The notes beneath the pieces were generated by a model, which was not told the DNA's origin, ran no database searches, and saw only the letters and a list, made by a program, of their open reading frames with translations. A program made the position numbers and the translations under genes. Source: a virus (Duplodnaviria; Heunggongvirae; Uroviricota; Caudoviricetes). From it: 46,383 bases of DNA. The stretch lies in the IMG/VR virus record IMGVR_UViG_638341086_000015, positions 1 to 46,383 of that record; one strand, given 5' to 3'. Below are positions 1 through 10,013 of the stretch, in pieces; the stretch's first letter is position 1, and the number at the start of each line of letters is the position of its first letter.

Positions 1-894
1 ATGATAAATAGCATTAATTCTTTTTTTTCCAGCATTCCTCGCAGTATATCAAGTATTACGCGTAACAGTAGCTTCACTGCCTCACAGCACAAAAGCACAC
101 CTAACACGGTAAAAACCAGCTCACCTCTTTCTCCCAGCAACAGTCCTGCCAGTGCAACAACTATTTTTAAGGTAAAAAATTCTTATACGGAATCAGGACT
201 TCAACGTTCCACATCTTATACTCAGTCAAGTATAGAAAAAAACGCTTTACATCGGCCTCTGCCTGATGTGGCTCAGCGTCTGGTGCAGCATCTTGCAGAG
301 CATGGCATTCAACCAGCCCGGAATATGGCTGAACATATTCCTCCGGCACCTAACTGGCCTGCGCCAACGCCGCCAGTACAAAATGAACAATCAAGACCTC
401 TGCCTGATGTGGCTCAGCGTCTGGTGCAGCATCTTGCAGAGCATGGCATTCAACCAGCCCGGAATATGGCTGAACATATTCCTCCGGCACCTAACTGGCC
501 TGCGCCAACGCCGCCAGTACAAAATGAACAATCAAGACCTCTGCCTGATGTGGCTCAGCGTCTGGTGCAGCATCTTGCAGAGCATGGCATTCAACCAGCC
601 CGGAATATGGCTGAACATATTCCTCCGGCACCTAACTGGCCTGCGCCAACGCCGCCGGTACAAAATGAACAATCAAGACCTCTGCCTGATGTGGCTCAGC
701 GTCTGATGCAGCATCTTGCAGAGCATGGCATTCAACCAGCCCGGAATATGGCTGAACATATTCCTCCGGCACCTAACTGGCCTGCGCCAACGCCGCCGGT
801 ACAAAATGAACAATCAAGACCTCTGCCTGATGTGGCTCAGCGTCTGATGCAGCATCTTGCAGAGCATGGCATTAATACATCTAAGCGCTCGTGA
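1..894 (+). CDS. tccP: Type III secreted effector of the TccP/EspFU family (Tir-cytoskeleton coupling protein): N-terminal secretion region followed by 47-aa proline-rich repeats
   Basis: 297-aa ORF; four full and one partial copy of the repeat RPLPDVAQRL(V/M)QHLAEHGIQPARNMAEHIPPAPNWPAPTPPVQNEQS, recalled as the TccP/EspFU repeat. Starts at window position 1, so the promoter is outside the window. Confidence 0.85.
   Translation: MINSINSFFSSIPRSISSITRNSSFTASQHKSTPNTVKTSSPLSPSNSPASATTIFKVKNSYTESGLQRSTSYTQSSIEKNALHRPLPDVAQRLVQHLAEHGIQPARNMAEHIPPAPNWPAPTPPVQNEQSRPLPDVAQRLVQHLAEHGIQPARNMAEHIPPAPNWPAPTPPVQNEQSRPLPDVAQRLVQHLAEHGIQPARNMAEHIPPAPNWPAPTPPVQNEQSRPLPDVAQRLMQHLAEHGIQPARNMAEHIPPAPNWPAPTPPVQNEQSRPLPDVAQRLMQHLAEHGINTSKRS
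253..891 (+). repeat. 141-bp tandem coding repeats (4 full units 253-816, partial fifth unit to the stop)
   Basis: Near-identical 141-nt units visible directly in the DNA; they also generate the artefactual overlapping ORF 266-706. Confidence 0.9.
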
Positions 895-978
895 TTATAA
901 TATAATTACCTGTATTAGCTCTGACCTGACAGTTACCGGTTATTTATACAGGTATCTGTCAGATTACATCTAACCAAC

Positions 979-1008
979 AAAAAACCGGAGCCGGACTCCG
1001 GTTTTTGT
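979..1008. terminator. Bidirectional rho-independent terminator between convergent tccP and tail-fibre operon
   Basis: AAAAA-AACCGGAG-CCGGA-CTCCGGTT-TTTTT: 8-bp GC-rich stem flanked by an A-run and a T-run. Confidence 0.6.
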
Positions 1009-1020
1009 GAAGCTGTCGGG

Positions 1021-1290
1021 CTATTTCATCCCGCCAACATTTTCCCACGTCCCGTCAGCACGCAGGATTTGCAGCGGTCTTACCACGCACTGTATCTGCT
1101 TTTTATCCGCATCCAGTATCACCACCTGCGTGATTACCCTGTCCTGCTCCGGGATAATGCCATTCTCATCTGACTCCAGAATGTCTGCCGGTCCCAGTCG
1201 CAGCTGTGCTGTAAGCGACTGCACGTGTTCACGGCCATCATGCTTTCCGCAACCACACAGACGCTGCATAAGTTTTTTTAGTATGTTCAT
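1021..1290 (-). CDS. Hypothetical phage protein downstream of the tail-fibre gene (about 89 aa; possible tail-fibre accessory protein)
   Basis: ORF-track frame 1021-1422; start moved to internal Met (MNILKK) at 1290, preceded by AGGAG about 6 nt upstream and directly after the tail-fibre stop. Confidence 0.45.
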   Translation of the reverse strand: MNILKKLMQRLCGCGKHDGREHVQSLTAQLRLGPADILESDENGIIPEQDRVITQVVILDADKKQIQCVVRPLQILRADGTWENVGGMK

Positions 1291-1291
1291 G

Positions 1292-2599
1292 TCATTCTCC
1301 TGTTCTGCCTGTATCACTGCCCACTTCATCCAGCCCCTTGACATCCTGCCACGGCCCGTCACCAAACCTGACCTGCAAATGCTGAAAAAACCCCTGAACC
1401 CGTGTGGCATCTTTGGGGTCAAGAAAGGTCAGTCCGGTGATGAGTGCGCCATCTGTATCCGGGAACCAGCCATTGCTGTTTGTCTCAATAATGTTTCCCG
1501 GCCCCAGACGGAACCGTATTTGTGTCTCCCCCGGGTCGCCCTTCGGTCCCTGAGGTCCGGTTGCCCCCACCGGGCCAGCCGCACCTGTTTCTCCTTTCGG
1601 TCCCTGTGGGCCTGCCGGGCCTGCCGCACCGGTATCTCCCTTTGGACCCTGTGGACCTGCATTTCCCGTCAGACCGGTCTCTCCCCGCTCTCCCATGTCA
1701 CCTTTCGGCCCCTGCGGGCCTGCCGGACCAGCATCACCTGCCGGTCCCCGTTCGCCGGTTGCCCCGACAGGGCCGGTGTCACCGCGCTCTCCCTTATCAC
1801 CCTTCGGCCCCTGAGGACCCGCGGGCCCCTGTTCCCCCTTTGGCCCGGGAGGTCCCACCACGGTGGGGATTCGGTTTACGGCCTCTTCCGCCGCTATCCT
1901 GCTTTGTTCCGCTGACTGTGCGCTTTCTGCTGACTCCCGGGCTTTTTCTGTTGCGGTCGTTGCATCCCTGGCTGCATTACCGGCTGCACTTTCTGCCGTC
2001 TTTCTTGACAATTCAGCTTCTGCTGCACTTTGTGATGACTCACTGGCTTTTTGAGCGGCCGCAGAAGCCGAGGACGCATCCTCTGACTGCTTTGCTGAGG
2101 CTGCACTTTCTGCCGCCTGCCGGGCTGACTCCGATGCCTCCCCTGCTGAAGTGTCAGCATTTGCAGCGCTCTCTTCTGCCTGACTGGCTGATATGCCGGC
2201 ATTCCTCGCTGACGTCTCCGCCTCTCCGGCATTCTTCTTCGCCTCCTCAGCGTGACGCGCCACCTCTTCCACCATCAGTTCAAAACGGCGCAGTGCCTCC
2301 GGCCGGACGTCATCCTCCGACATGGCACCGAGAAAATCATTCAGCGTACCGGGTTGAGAATCTTCATACACGGTGATGGTCCCGGCATGTGACGGCGGGA
2401 ATCCTTCCACCAACAGAATGACGCTGTACTGACCGTACTCAACGTCCATGCTGTAACGACCGGCTTCATCCGGATTTTCAGAGGCCACCGTGTTCACCAC
2501 CACCGTGCTGCTGGTCCGTCTGGCTTTCAGTTGAATGGTGCAGTTCTCTACCGGTTTTCCTGTGCCGTCTTTCAGTACACCTGAAATCTTTACTGCCAT
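1292..2599 (-). CDS. stf: Side tail fibre protein (lambda Stf-like N-terminus, Ala/Ser/Glu-rich coiled region, collagen-like Gly-X-Y repeats about 1526-1855)
   Basis: N-terminus MAVKISGVLKDGTGKPV resembles lambda Stf; long run of GPxGxxGxxG triplets; start placed at ATG 2599 (track start 2605 is GTG). Confidence 0.8.
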   Translation of the reverse strand: MAVKISGVLKDGTGKPVENCTIQLKARRTSSTVVVNTVASENPDEAGRYSMDVEYGQYSVILLVEGFPPSHAGTITVYEDSQPGTLNDFLGAMSEDDVRPEALRRFELMVEEVARHAEEAKKNAGEAETSARNAGISASQAEESAANADTSAGEASESARQAAESAASAKQSEDASSASAAAQKASESSQSAAEAELSRKTAESAAGNAARDATTATEKARESAESAQSAEQSRIAAEEAVNRIPTVVGPPGPKGEQGPAGPQGPKGDKGERGDTGPVGATGERGPAGDAGPAGPQGPKGDMGERGETGLTGNAGPQGPKGDTGAAGPAGPQGPKGETGAAGPVGATGPQGPKGDPGETQIRFRLGPGNIIETNSNGWFPDTDGALITGLTFLDPKDATRVQGFFQHLQVRFGDGPWQDVKGLDEVGSDTGRTGE

Positions 2600-2610
2600 A
2601 TTCACCCCAC

Positions 2611-2637
2611 AAAAAAGCCCGCCTGAACCGGCGGGCT
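2611..2637 (-). terminator. Rho-independent terminator after lom
   Basis: Stem GCCCGCC/GGCGGGC followed on the - strand by a U-run (AAAAAA on +). Confidence 0.6.
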
Positions 2638-2663
2638 GTCATAACACTGTGTTACCTGGCTAA

Positions 2664-3263
2664 TCAGAACTTATAACCGACACCCACGATGAAACCGTCA
2701 GTGCGCCAGTCGCCACTGCCGGAGCCTTCATAAGCAATATCAATGGCCACGGATTCGGTCGGGTTAAACTGCACGCCAGCTCCCCACGCCAGAGACGTGT
2801 TGCTGTGGCGACCGTCATCACTTCCGGTCAGCACATCATGCGTTTTCCCCTTGTTGTCGGTCACCTGCAGATAATCTCCGGAGAAAGTCGACACACGGCT
2901 GTAAGACACACCCGCCATCGCATACGCGCTGAACAATTCATTCACGCGCACAGACGGCCCCGCCATCACGCTGAACCAGCGGTTACGCACGGAATCTTCA
3001 TGCCAGCGGGTATCGCTGTAACGAGTCAGCTGGCGATTCTTGTCTCCTGCATAGCTGAATGACGTCACCATTCCCAGAGTGTCCGTAAACTCATAACGGT
3101 ATTTCACGTTAATCCCGTTCAGTTCATCGCTGCCAGGAACGTTCGTCGAGACATGAAGATACCCCGCGCTCAGCGTGGACTGATGTTCAGACGCCCATGC
3201 AGGCGCACCGGATACGGCCAGACAAATGGCTGCGGACAAAATGGCGGCATAAAGTTTACGCAT
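2664..3263 (-). CDS. lom: Lom/Ail/PagC-family outer membrane beta-barrel protein
   Basis: 199 aa, signal peptide, alternating beta-strand pattern ending in GYKF; canonical position after J. Confidence 0.9.
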   Translation of the reverse strand: MRKLYAAILSAAICLAVSGAPAWASEHQSTLSAGYLHVSTNVPGSDELNGINVKYRYEFTDTLGMVTSFSYAGDKNRQLTRYSDTRWHEDSVRNRWFSVMAGPSVRVNELFSAYAMAGVSYSRVSTFSGDYLQVTDNKGKTHDVLTGSDDGRHSNTSLAWGAGVQFNPTESVAIDIAYEGSGSGDWRTDGFIVGVGYKF

Positions 3264-3285
3264 AATTACCTCTCGCTTTTCTGCA

Positions 3286-3311
3286 ATAAAAAAGGCGCCA
3301 TTTCTGGCGCC
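3286..3311 (-). terminator. Rho-independent terminator between J and lom
   Basis: GGCGCCA-gaaa-TGGCGCC hairpin followed by TTTTTTT on the - strand. Confidence 0.5.
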
Positions 3312-3330
3312 CGTATATGGGTTATAAAAT

Positions 3331-6300
3331 TCAGCTGATACTGATACCTGCTGTGGATTTTTTCATCACCACAACCAGTAAATCACTGATGTACGTTGTC
3401 GGCGTCCAGTTGTTCGCACCGGCCGACGACACATTAAACGTCAGGGTGACATGACCCCGCCCTGCCGGCATATCTATCACCGATGAGAACACCCGGCTGA
3501 CATCCGTTGCCGGTTCATGGAAAATCTCAACCCCGTTCTTCAGCACCTGCAGCTTACAGGTGGAATACCAGTACGACTGCTGATTCGGGCTGTTGAAATT
3601 CTGGTGTTTCGTCCCGCGAAACAGCACCGGGGGAATGATGATCTGCCGGTCGAAGCCCTGGTCATCGTAAACTGTGACGGTTACCGTCCCGCTGGCATAA
3701 CTGTTATTCCGGGGAAAGGCTTTCCCCACCGTCTTCACCAGGTCGCCTTCAATCTGGTTTGCAGACAGTTTCCCTCTGATGACACAGTTCTCGTTAATGG
3801 TGACATTATTGAGCGTGCCGGTATTCGCGGTAATTGCTCCGCTGATATCCGCGTTCCTGGCTGTCAGCTTCCCTTCCGGCGTCAGGGAAAACGTCGGGGG
3901 GTTGCCGGATGACGTGATACTCACCGCAAACAGTCGTTTCAGGAACACGTCGTTCATGAACAGCTGATTCCCCTGCGCCACAAATAACGGCGTGCTGTTG
4001 CCGCTCTCCGGATTTATCATCGCGATACGGTCAGCCAGCAGCAGTATGTTGCTCAGTGGCTGGCCATCAGTATCCTCAATCCCTGCACCAATCCCGGCCA
4101 CATAGGGAATGCCGTCTTTCGTTTTTTGAACCTTCAGCATGTACAGCGCAGCCAGGTCATCATTTGTGTCCTTCTGCACGCGCTGTATCTGCTGTATGGT
4201 GGCGCTCTGGTTCTCCAGTGTTTTACTGACCGTCTGTGTGATTTCATTGCGGGTTTCCGTGATGCTGGTCTTCATCTCCGCCATCTCATCTGCAAGCTGG
4301 CTGTTATCTATCAGTTCCCACAACCCCTGAGCCAGATGCAGTTTTCCTATTTTTTCCCGGAAAAATTCCAGATACCCTTCACCATCATTGCTGGGCTGCC
4401 CGCTGACTTCCACAAACGCAGATTTCCCCACCAGGTTGACGCTGCGCACGTAAAACCAGAAATCCTTCCCAGGCTTAATGTGCGGGCCGGATACACTCCA
4501 CTGACTGCCGGTCCCCAGATAACGGGCAGAGGTTTCCACCTGAGATATGTCTGCGATTTTTGTCTCCGAAAACCAGAACTCAAACTGTACCGTCGGGTCA
4601 TACACCGCAAGACGCGGGACCGCCGTTATCTGAAAATAGCCCGGTGTCAGTTCAATGGTGGCGGGTTTTGCTGGCGCGTTAATCCGGAAGGTGGTGGTGG
4701 CCGGTTCGCCCTGCTGGCCATAACTGTTAATTGCCCTGACCGTCAGGGTGTATTCCCCCGGCGGCAGACCGCTGAAACGGTGCTCTGTATCCGCGGTGAT
4801 GGCGGTGGTCACCAGACGGCTGTCCTGACCGCTTCCACTGGTCAGGCGCAGACTGAAGCGCACGCCCTTCACCACCCGCGGCGTGTCCCATTTCGCCTGT
4901 GCCAGATACTGGCCGTCAGCGGCGCTCACCTCCACCGTCAGGTGCTGCACTGCCGGTGGAATAACGCTGTTCAGGGTGCCTGACTGCGGCTCAAAGCTGG
5001 CCCCGTTATCCACGATGGCTTCTTTTTCCGGTACGTGCTGCACCGCCGTGATGGCAAAGGTGCCGTCCGTGTTTTCCCGGATGGAGACACAGCGGAACAG
5101 GCGACGACGCAGTGACGGCAGGGAGAGTCCCCATACACCGTATGTCTCCACACCATCAGGCAGGGTGCTGACCTGTATCCGGTCCGGCGCGGGGTGTGCA
5201 GTGATGGCCACGCTCACCGGCTTACCGCTGCCGTTAATCAGGTTCACCGTGGCGGCACCGGTCTCCGGCAGGGTCACCTCACGGTCCAGTGTCAGGGTGC
5301 GGCTGGCGGCATCGATGGACAGGATACGTCCGCCGGTCATGGTCCCGGCATAGTCGTTATCACAGATTTCAATAATGTCACCGGGTGTGTGACGCAGCCC
5401 CTGTGACCCGAGCGTGAAATCCACCGTCTGCGTTTCCAGCAGTTCGGTCTTTATCACCCACAGCCCGGCACGGTGGGCCTGACCGCGACTGGTGCANCCG
5501 AACGCATCCATCTTCAGCAGGTTGCGCCCGTAGCGCAGTATGGCTTCCGGGTCTTCCACCAGTTCCGTGGAGGTCTGCCAGCCGTTCTGCGGGTCGGTGT
5601 AATTCACCTCCACCGCCGTGTGGCGGTCCTTCAGGGCGCTGAAGCTGTAGCGAAACCCCACGCCGTTATCATCCACCACCACATCGCTGTTGGTGTACGG
5701 CCACACCACATCCGACTGGCGGTCCTGAACGAACGTCAGCGTCTGGCCGTTCCATACCGGCATACAGCGCATCGCCGAGCAGAAATCACTGAGCACATCC
5801 CATGCCTTACGCTGTTGTGACAGGTACGCATTAAAGGTCATCCGCGNCTCTGTGCCCCCGAAACCATCCGGGACCGTCTGGTCGCAGTACTGCCCGATGG
5901 CATACAGCGCCCACTTGTCCACATCCGCCGCCCCCAGACGTTTTCCCATGCCGTAGCGCGGGTGAGTCAGCATGTCCCACAGGCACCAGGCCGGGTTGTT
6001 GCTGTATGCCGGTTTCAGACTGCCGTCCCAGATACCACTGTACGTGCGTTTTTCCGGGTCATAGTTTGACGGCACCTGGATGATGCGACCGCGGATATGG
6101 TAGTTCACCGTCATCTGCTGGCCGCCGAACTGCTCCGCATCCACCTGCAGCCCCACAATGGCCGTGTTCGGGTAGCACTGTTTCACATCGATGATTTCGG
6201 TGTATGACGACCACAGCGTCTTATTCTGCAGCTGGTCCGGGGTGCTGTCCGCCGTCTCCCTGACCATCCGGATGTTAAAGGGCCGGGGAGGCAGATTCTC

Positions 6301-6807
6301 CAGAATCACCGAGGCCAGGAACTGTGAGGTGGTCTTGCCGTTAATGGTGACGTCCTTTTCCGTCACCCAGCGGCCATTACGCTGTAACTGAATCAGAATC
6401 CGGACAGAGGAAGGATTACGGTCGCCCTTTGACGTGGTCTGCACCAGTGACTGCACCCCGAAGGTAACCCGCAGGCGGTCAATGTTCGCAGACGTAATGG
6501 TGCGCGTCACCGGTTTTGCCTTCGTCACTTCCACGCCCAGTCCGGTTTCAGCACCGGAGGACTCAAAGCCTTCCGGTGGTGTCTGCTCCTGCTCCCCGGC
6601 GCGCCAGACCGCCGTCACACCGTGTATCACGGGATTACCGTCCGTGTCCGTCAGCGGGGTTTTGTTCACCAGAATACTCTGCAGGCCTTTCACCGGGCCT
6701 TCTATCGGTCCCTCACCAATCGCATCAATCACACTCATCATCTGCGTGGATTTGAGATTATCCTTCGCCTCTCGAGGCGTGTGCGCCCTGCCGCCACCTT
6801 TACCCAT
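3331..6807 (-). CDS. J: Tail tip / host specificity protein J (central tail fibre)
   Basis: 1158 aa, lambda J-like throughout; contains two ambiguous bases (about 5497 and 5847) giving X residues. Confidence 0.9.
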   Translation of the reverse strand: MGKGGGRAHTPREAKDNLKSTQMMSVIDAIGEGPIEGPVKGLQSILVNKTPLTDTDGNPVIHGVTAVWRAGEQEQTPPEGFESSGAETGLGVEVTKAKPVTRTITSANIDRLRVTFGVQSLVQTTSKGDRNPSSVRILIQLQRNGRWVTEKDVTINGKTTSQFLASVILENLPPRPFNIRMVRETADSTPDQLQNKTLWSSYTEIIDVKQCYPNTAIVGLQVDAEQFGGQQMTVNYHIRGRIIQVPSNYDPEKRTYSGIWDGSLKPAYSNNPAWCLWDMLTHPRYGMGKRLGAADVDKWALYAIGQYCDQTVPDGFGGTEXRMTFNAYLSQQRKAWDVLSDFCSAMRCMPVWNGQTLTFVQDRQSDVVWPYTNSDVVVDDNGVGFRYSFSALKDRHTAVEVNYTDPQNGWQTSTELVEDPEAILRYGRNLLKMDAFXCTSRGQAHRAGLWVIKTELLETQTVDFTLGSQGLRHTPGDIIEICDNDYAGTMTGGRILSIDAASRTLTLDREVTLPETGAATVNLINGSGKPVSVAITAHPAPDRIQVSTLPDGVETYGVWGLSLPSLRRRLFRCVSIRENTDGTFAITAVQHVPEKEAIVDNGASFEPQSGTLNSVIPPAVQHLTVEVSAADGQYLAQAKWDTPRVVKGVRFSLRLTSGSGQDSRLVTTAITADTEHRFSGLPPGEYTLTVRAINSYGQQGEPATTTFRINAPAKPATIELTPGYFQITAVPRLAVYDPTVQFEFWFSETKIADISQVETSARYLGTGSQWSVSGPHIKPGKDFWFYVRSVNLVGKSAFVEVSGQPSNDGEGYLEFFREKIGKLHLAQGLWELIDNSQLADEMAEMKTSITETRNEITQTVSKTLENQSATIQQIQRVQKDTNDDLAALYMLKVQKTKDGIPYVAGIGAGIEDTDGQPLSNILLLADRIAMINPESGNSTPLFVAQGNQLFMNDVFLKRLFAVSITSSGNPPTFSLTPEGKLTARNADISGAITANTGTLNNVTINENCVIRGKLSANQIEGDLVKTVGKAFPRNNSYASGTVTVTVYDDQGFDRQIIIPPVLFRGTKHQNFNSPNQQSYWYSTCKLQVLKNGVEIFHEPATDVSRVFSSVIDMPAGRGHVTLTFNVSSAGANNWTPTTYISDLLVVVMKKSTAGISIS

Positions 6808-6940
6808 AATGTTCCTCTCAATTGGTATTATTAATCGCAGTGATAGGATATTGCACAGCTATTGCGCGATATCATCAGAACGCTGTTTGTTACCCTGTAA
6901 CCAGCAAGCTCAGTCTGTTAACGGAATTAATGAGGGTTTT

Positions 6941-7468
6941 ATGAAATGTAAAATCATTGCTGCCATTGCCATGCTGACAGCAGCATCATGCGGATACGCA
7001 GCAGAACAGGAAGTCCCAATGAACCTTGTCAGTGCTGACGGAAAAGAAGTCAGCATTGGAAAAATAACCATTCAGGAGACCCCCTACGGTCTGCTGTTCA
7101 CACCAGCCCTTCACTCTCTGTCTGAAGGCATTCATGGTTTTCATGTGCACGAAAAAGGAAATTGCGCCCCGGCACTGAAAGACGGAAAACCGGTCGCAGC
7201 ATTATCGGCTGGCGGTCACTTTGACCCGAAAAACACCGGCAAACATCTTGGCCCCTGGTCTCCGGATGGACACCTGGGCGACCTCCCTGCGCTGTTCGTG
7301 ACGCATGACGGAAAAGCGAACTACCCGGTCCTGGCCCCGAGACTGAACTCATTAAAAGAGATTAAAGGGCGTTCTCTCATGCTTCATGCTGGCGGTGATA
7401 ACCATCATGACCATCCGGAGCCCCTGGGCGGTGGTGGTGCGAGAATGGCCTGCGGCATCATTCAATAA
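6941..7468 (+). CDS. sodC: Periplasmic Cu/Zn superoxide dismutase (prophage-borne sodC)
   Basis: 175 aa with signal peptide; metal-binding motifs [39 protein letters not shown]; GAGGG ribosome-binding site before ATG 6941. Opposite strand to the flanking tail genes. Confidence 0.9.
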   Translation: MKCKIIAAIAMLTAASCGYAAEQEVPMNLVSADGKEVSIGKITIQETPYGLLFTPALHSLSEGIHGFHVHEKGNCAPALKDGKPVAALSAGGHFDPKNTGKHLGPWSPDGHLGDLPALFVTHDGKANYPVLAPRLNSLKEIKGRSLMLHAGGDNHHDHPEPLGGGGARMACGIIQ

Positions 7469-7474
7469 TCAGTC

Positions 7475-7503
7475 AGGTAAGGGGCGGGCCCCTTACCTTT
7501 ATT
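7475..7503 (+). terminator. Rho-independent terminator of sodC
   Basis: GGTAAGGGGC-ggg-CCCCTTACC followed by TTTATT. Confidence 0.6.
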
Positions 7504-7616
7504 CCTCAGGACGATAAATCCTTTCTCCCTGAAAAGAACGGCACATCCTCCCTCTCTGAGTTAATGTTTTTGTCGTGACATAAGAATAATTCCTTACACT
7601 CAATCTTCGTAACGCT

Positions 7617-7655
7617 CCCGCAGTTCCTGTCCGTGAGCACTGCGGGATTTTTTCG
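7617..7655 (+). terminator. Second + strand terminator-like hairpin downstream of sodC
   Basis: CCCGCAGT ... ACTGCGGG followed by ATTTTTTCGCTTTT. Confidence 0.35.
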
Positions 7656-7658
7656 CTT

Positions 7659-8339
7659 TTATGCCTGCCGCCCGATAACCACCACCTTCCCGTCACCGCC
7701 TTCATCACGGGTACTGATGTCCTGGGATATACGGCGGGAGCCAACCAGCATTTCCCCGTAAGGCACCGGCATCGGGTTCCCCTGGGCAATCATGTTATCC
7801 AGCGAGGAAAAGTACGTGTTCTGTCTGCCGTTATCCGTTGCGCGGTAATCCGGTGTTTTTGCCTTCGGGGCCAGCATCTGGGCCACACCGCCCAGAATCA
7901 TGCTGGCCCCCAGTGAAAACAGCATCGTGGTGGCAGAAAAACCACCGGCTGCCAGGGCTGAACCCCATAACGCCATTGATGCCCCGGCAGTGAAGAAAGA
8001 GCCCACGATGGCTGCCGCCCCCAGCACAATCTGCAGTCCACCCTTTCCGGCCCCGGCCAGTCGCGGCACAATGTGGATGACCGTTCCCTCACCCAGCTGT
8101 TCGTGAAGACGGGCGTACACCGCCTCCGGTGCCGTGTCCTCACCGCGAATACGTATCTGGTACCAGCCTTCGTTCATCTGACGGCGGAATCCCGGCACCT
8201 GTAACGACAGCGCCCGGATGGCTTCCGCTGCCGTGTTCACATACAGGCTGAGGCGGCGGCCAAGTCGTTGTAAATCCCCGTGAAGGCAGATGCGTGCCAG
8301 TGGCGGTGACGCCAGACAGAATGCGTTCGTCGTTGCCAT
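7659..8339 (-). CDS. I: Tail assembly protein I
   Basis: 226 aa; lambda I-like from residue 1 (ARICLYGDLQR-type N-terminus, C-terminal hydrophobic Gly/Ala-rich region). Overlaps the K 3' end by about 100 nt. Confidence 0.85.
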   Translation of the reverse strand: MATTNAFCLASPPLARICLHGDLQRLGRRLSLYVNTAAEAIRALSLQVPGFRRQMNEGWYQIRIRGEDTAPEAVYARLHEQLGEGTVIHIVPRLAGAGKGGLQIVLGAAAIVGSFFTAGASMALWGSALAAGGFSATTMLFSLGASMILGGVAQMLAPKAKTPDYRATDNGRQNTYFSSLDNMIAQGNPMPVPYGEMLVGSRRISQDISTRDEGGDGKVVVIGRQA

Positions 8340-8980
8340 TTTTCGGAATACCTCTCCCGTTTACTCAGTTGTTCAGGCAGATGGTGAAGCAGCTCACCGT
8401 TGCCGCAGTAAATGGCGGCATGGTTCGGTACCGAAGCACCAAAGCAGCACAGCAGGATATCGCCCGCCTGTGCAGAGGACAGGGGCACCCGGTAAAAGCC
8501 GGTGACCGCCATATTGTCCAGGTAAAGGTTCTGACCGTTGCGCCACCAGTCATCCTCACGCTCAAAATCCGGCATATCAATTCCCGCCAGATGGTAGGCA
8601 TCCCGGAACAGCGTGTAACAGTCCGTCACCCCGTGCTCAAAGCGCCGTCCTGTCAGATGTGGCACACAGCGGAATTTATGAATCTCCCCCCGGCAGACCA
8701 GCCACCAGGACAGTGCACTTTTTATCTGCAGCCGCCGGTCGGCCTCGCTCAGCCAGGGCAGACCACCGGGATGACTGTGGACCAGTGCCACAATCTCCCC
8801 CTGCATCTCTGCCCGCAGCCAGTCTTCCGGTGCAATACGAAAATACGCCTCCGGCTCTGCAGAGATATTCACACAAGGGATATACCGCTCCCCCTCCGGC
8901 GTTCTCACCACGAAGCCGCACGACTCCGCAGGCACACACCGCCGGGCATGCGCCAGAATCGCTGATTCTGTCTGTGTCAT
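8237..8980 (-). CDS. K: Tail assembly protein K (JAB/MPN plus NlpC/P60 domains)
   Basis: 247 aa starting MTQTESAILAHARRC; HSHPGG JAB motif and C-terminal Cys/His peptidase-like region. Confidence 0.85.
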   Translation of the reverse strand: MTQTESAILAHARRCVPAESCGFVVRTPEGERYIPCVNISAEPEAYFRIAPEDWLRAEMQGEIVALVHSHPGGLPWLSEADRRLQIKSALSWWLVCRGEIHKFRCVPHLTGRRFEHGVTDCYTLFRDAYHLAGIDMPDFEREDDWWRNGQNLYLDNMAVTGFYRVPLSSAQAGDILLCCFGASVPNHAAIYCGNGELLHHLPEQLSKRERYSEKWQRRTHSVWRHRHWHASAFTGIYNDLAAASACM

Positions 8981-8985
8981 TGGAT

Positions 8986-9684
8986 TTACTGCGAAAGTTT
9001 GTTAATGGAAAGGAAACCGCCAAAATTAGCCACCATGCCGCGCATCTCACACCCGCGCATGCACTTGCTGCATCTGTCCTTACGGATATCCGTGGTGGGG
9101 GTGTCGAACTCATCCGCCACCGCAGGACCGTTATACCCGCATTCATCTCCCCGGTAATCCCACATACAGGTGTTCGCCAGCATGATGCGACCAGGAAACA
9201 GCGCCCCGTCCGTCTCCGTCGGTGTTGCCAGCACAAACGAGGCTGTCATGGCCGTCAGCTCTGACATCTGCTCCACCACCCAGCGGTCGCTCAGCTCCTG
9301 CTCCGGGTCCGCTTCCGGATTGCCCGCCACAAAATTCACCGCATCCAGAAAACGGGCATACACCCGGCGGCGGACCACCGTGGCCCCCACCAGGCTCTGC
9401 AGGTCCTCCGCCATTCCGGTGACCAGACCGAACAGATTCGACACCGTCAGCGACGGGCGGGCACTGCTACCCTTCCCGTTCATCTCAAAACCGCTGCCGT
9501 CAATCGGGTATGCCTGATATTGCCGCCCCTGCCAGGTGACCGCCTCCCCTTTTTCATTCAGCTCATTGCAGAAAAAATACCGCTCACCACCCTGTACCGT
9601 CAGGTCGATTTCCCAGAGTACCACCCGCGGTGACTGCTCTGATTTAACCGACTCGTTCAGACTTTCTTCGTGAATATCCTGCAT
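8986..9684 (-). CDS. L: Minor tail protein L
   Basis: 232 aa, lambda L-like, conserved Cys cluster near the C-terminus. Confidence 0.9.
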   Translation of the reverse strand: MQDIHEESLNESVKSEQSPRVVLWEIDLTVQGGERYFFCNELNEKGEAVTWQGRQYQAYPIDGSGFEMNGKGSSARPSLTVSNLFGLVTGMAEDLQSLVGATVVRRRVYARFLDAVNFVAGNPEADPEQELSDRWVVEQMSELTAMTASFVLATPTETDGALFPGRIMLANTCMWDYRGDECGYNGPAVADEFDTPTTDIRKDRCSKCMRGCEMRGMVANFGGFLSINKLSQ

Positions 9685-10013
9685 CAGTTCACCACCTGCT
9701 TAAACTCGGCACTGAATTCAACCCGCAGCATGCGAACCCGTGATGACCAGGCGGCACAGGTCACCTTTATCTGCCGCCAGGCATAAGGCGGTGTCCACAG
9801 AAACGCCTTCCAGCCACCGTGCTCTGCCAGGAACGCTTCCAGATGCCGGGCCTCCTCCCGGGTCACGGAAAGCGTCACACGGTATGTTTTCAGGTCAGCA
9901 TTCAGCCCTGCCGCCATACGCTGTGAGTACCCGTCACCAAAACGCACTTCACGCACCGACGGCTGCGAGTTCACCTCCATATCCGGCTTCACTTTCCAGC
10001 GAAATGTTTTCAT
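9684..10013 (-). CDS. M: Minor tail protein M
   Basis: 109 aa, lambda M-like; position between H and L. Confidence 0.9.
   Translation of the reverse strand: MKTFRWKVKPDMEVNSQPSVREVRFGDGYSQRMAAGLNADLKTYRVTLSVTREEARHLEAFLAEHGGWKAFLWTPPYAWRQIKVTCAAWSSRVRMLRVEFSAEFKQVVN

Noticed and set aside
266-706. 146-aa + strand ORF overlapping tccP in another frame
   Set aside because: It is produced by the 141-bp tandem repeats themselves (the same peptide recurs three times) and lies wholly inside the well-supported tccP frame.
1522-2376. 284-aa Pro-rich + strand ORF
   Set aside because: Antisense to the collagen-like Gly-X-Y repeat region of the tail-fibre gene; GC-rich repeats give long open frames on both strands.
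4126-4983. 285-aa + strand ORF and other + strand ORFs inside J
   Set aside because: Antisense to the strongly supported J gene; no ribosome-binding site or family features.
7499-7789. 96-aa - strand ORF between sodC and I
   Set aside because: Overlaps the I 3' end and the sodC terminators; no ribosome-binding site; Arg/Cys-rich translation.
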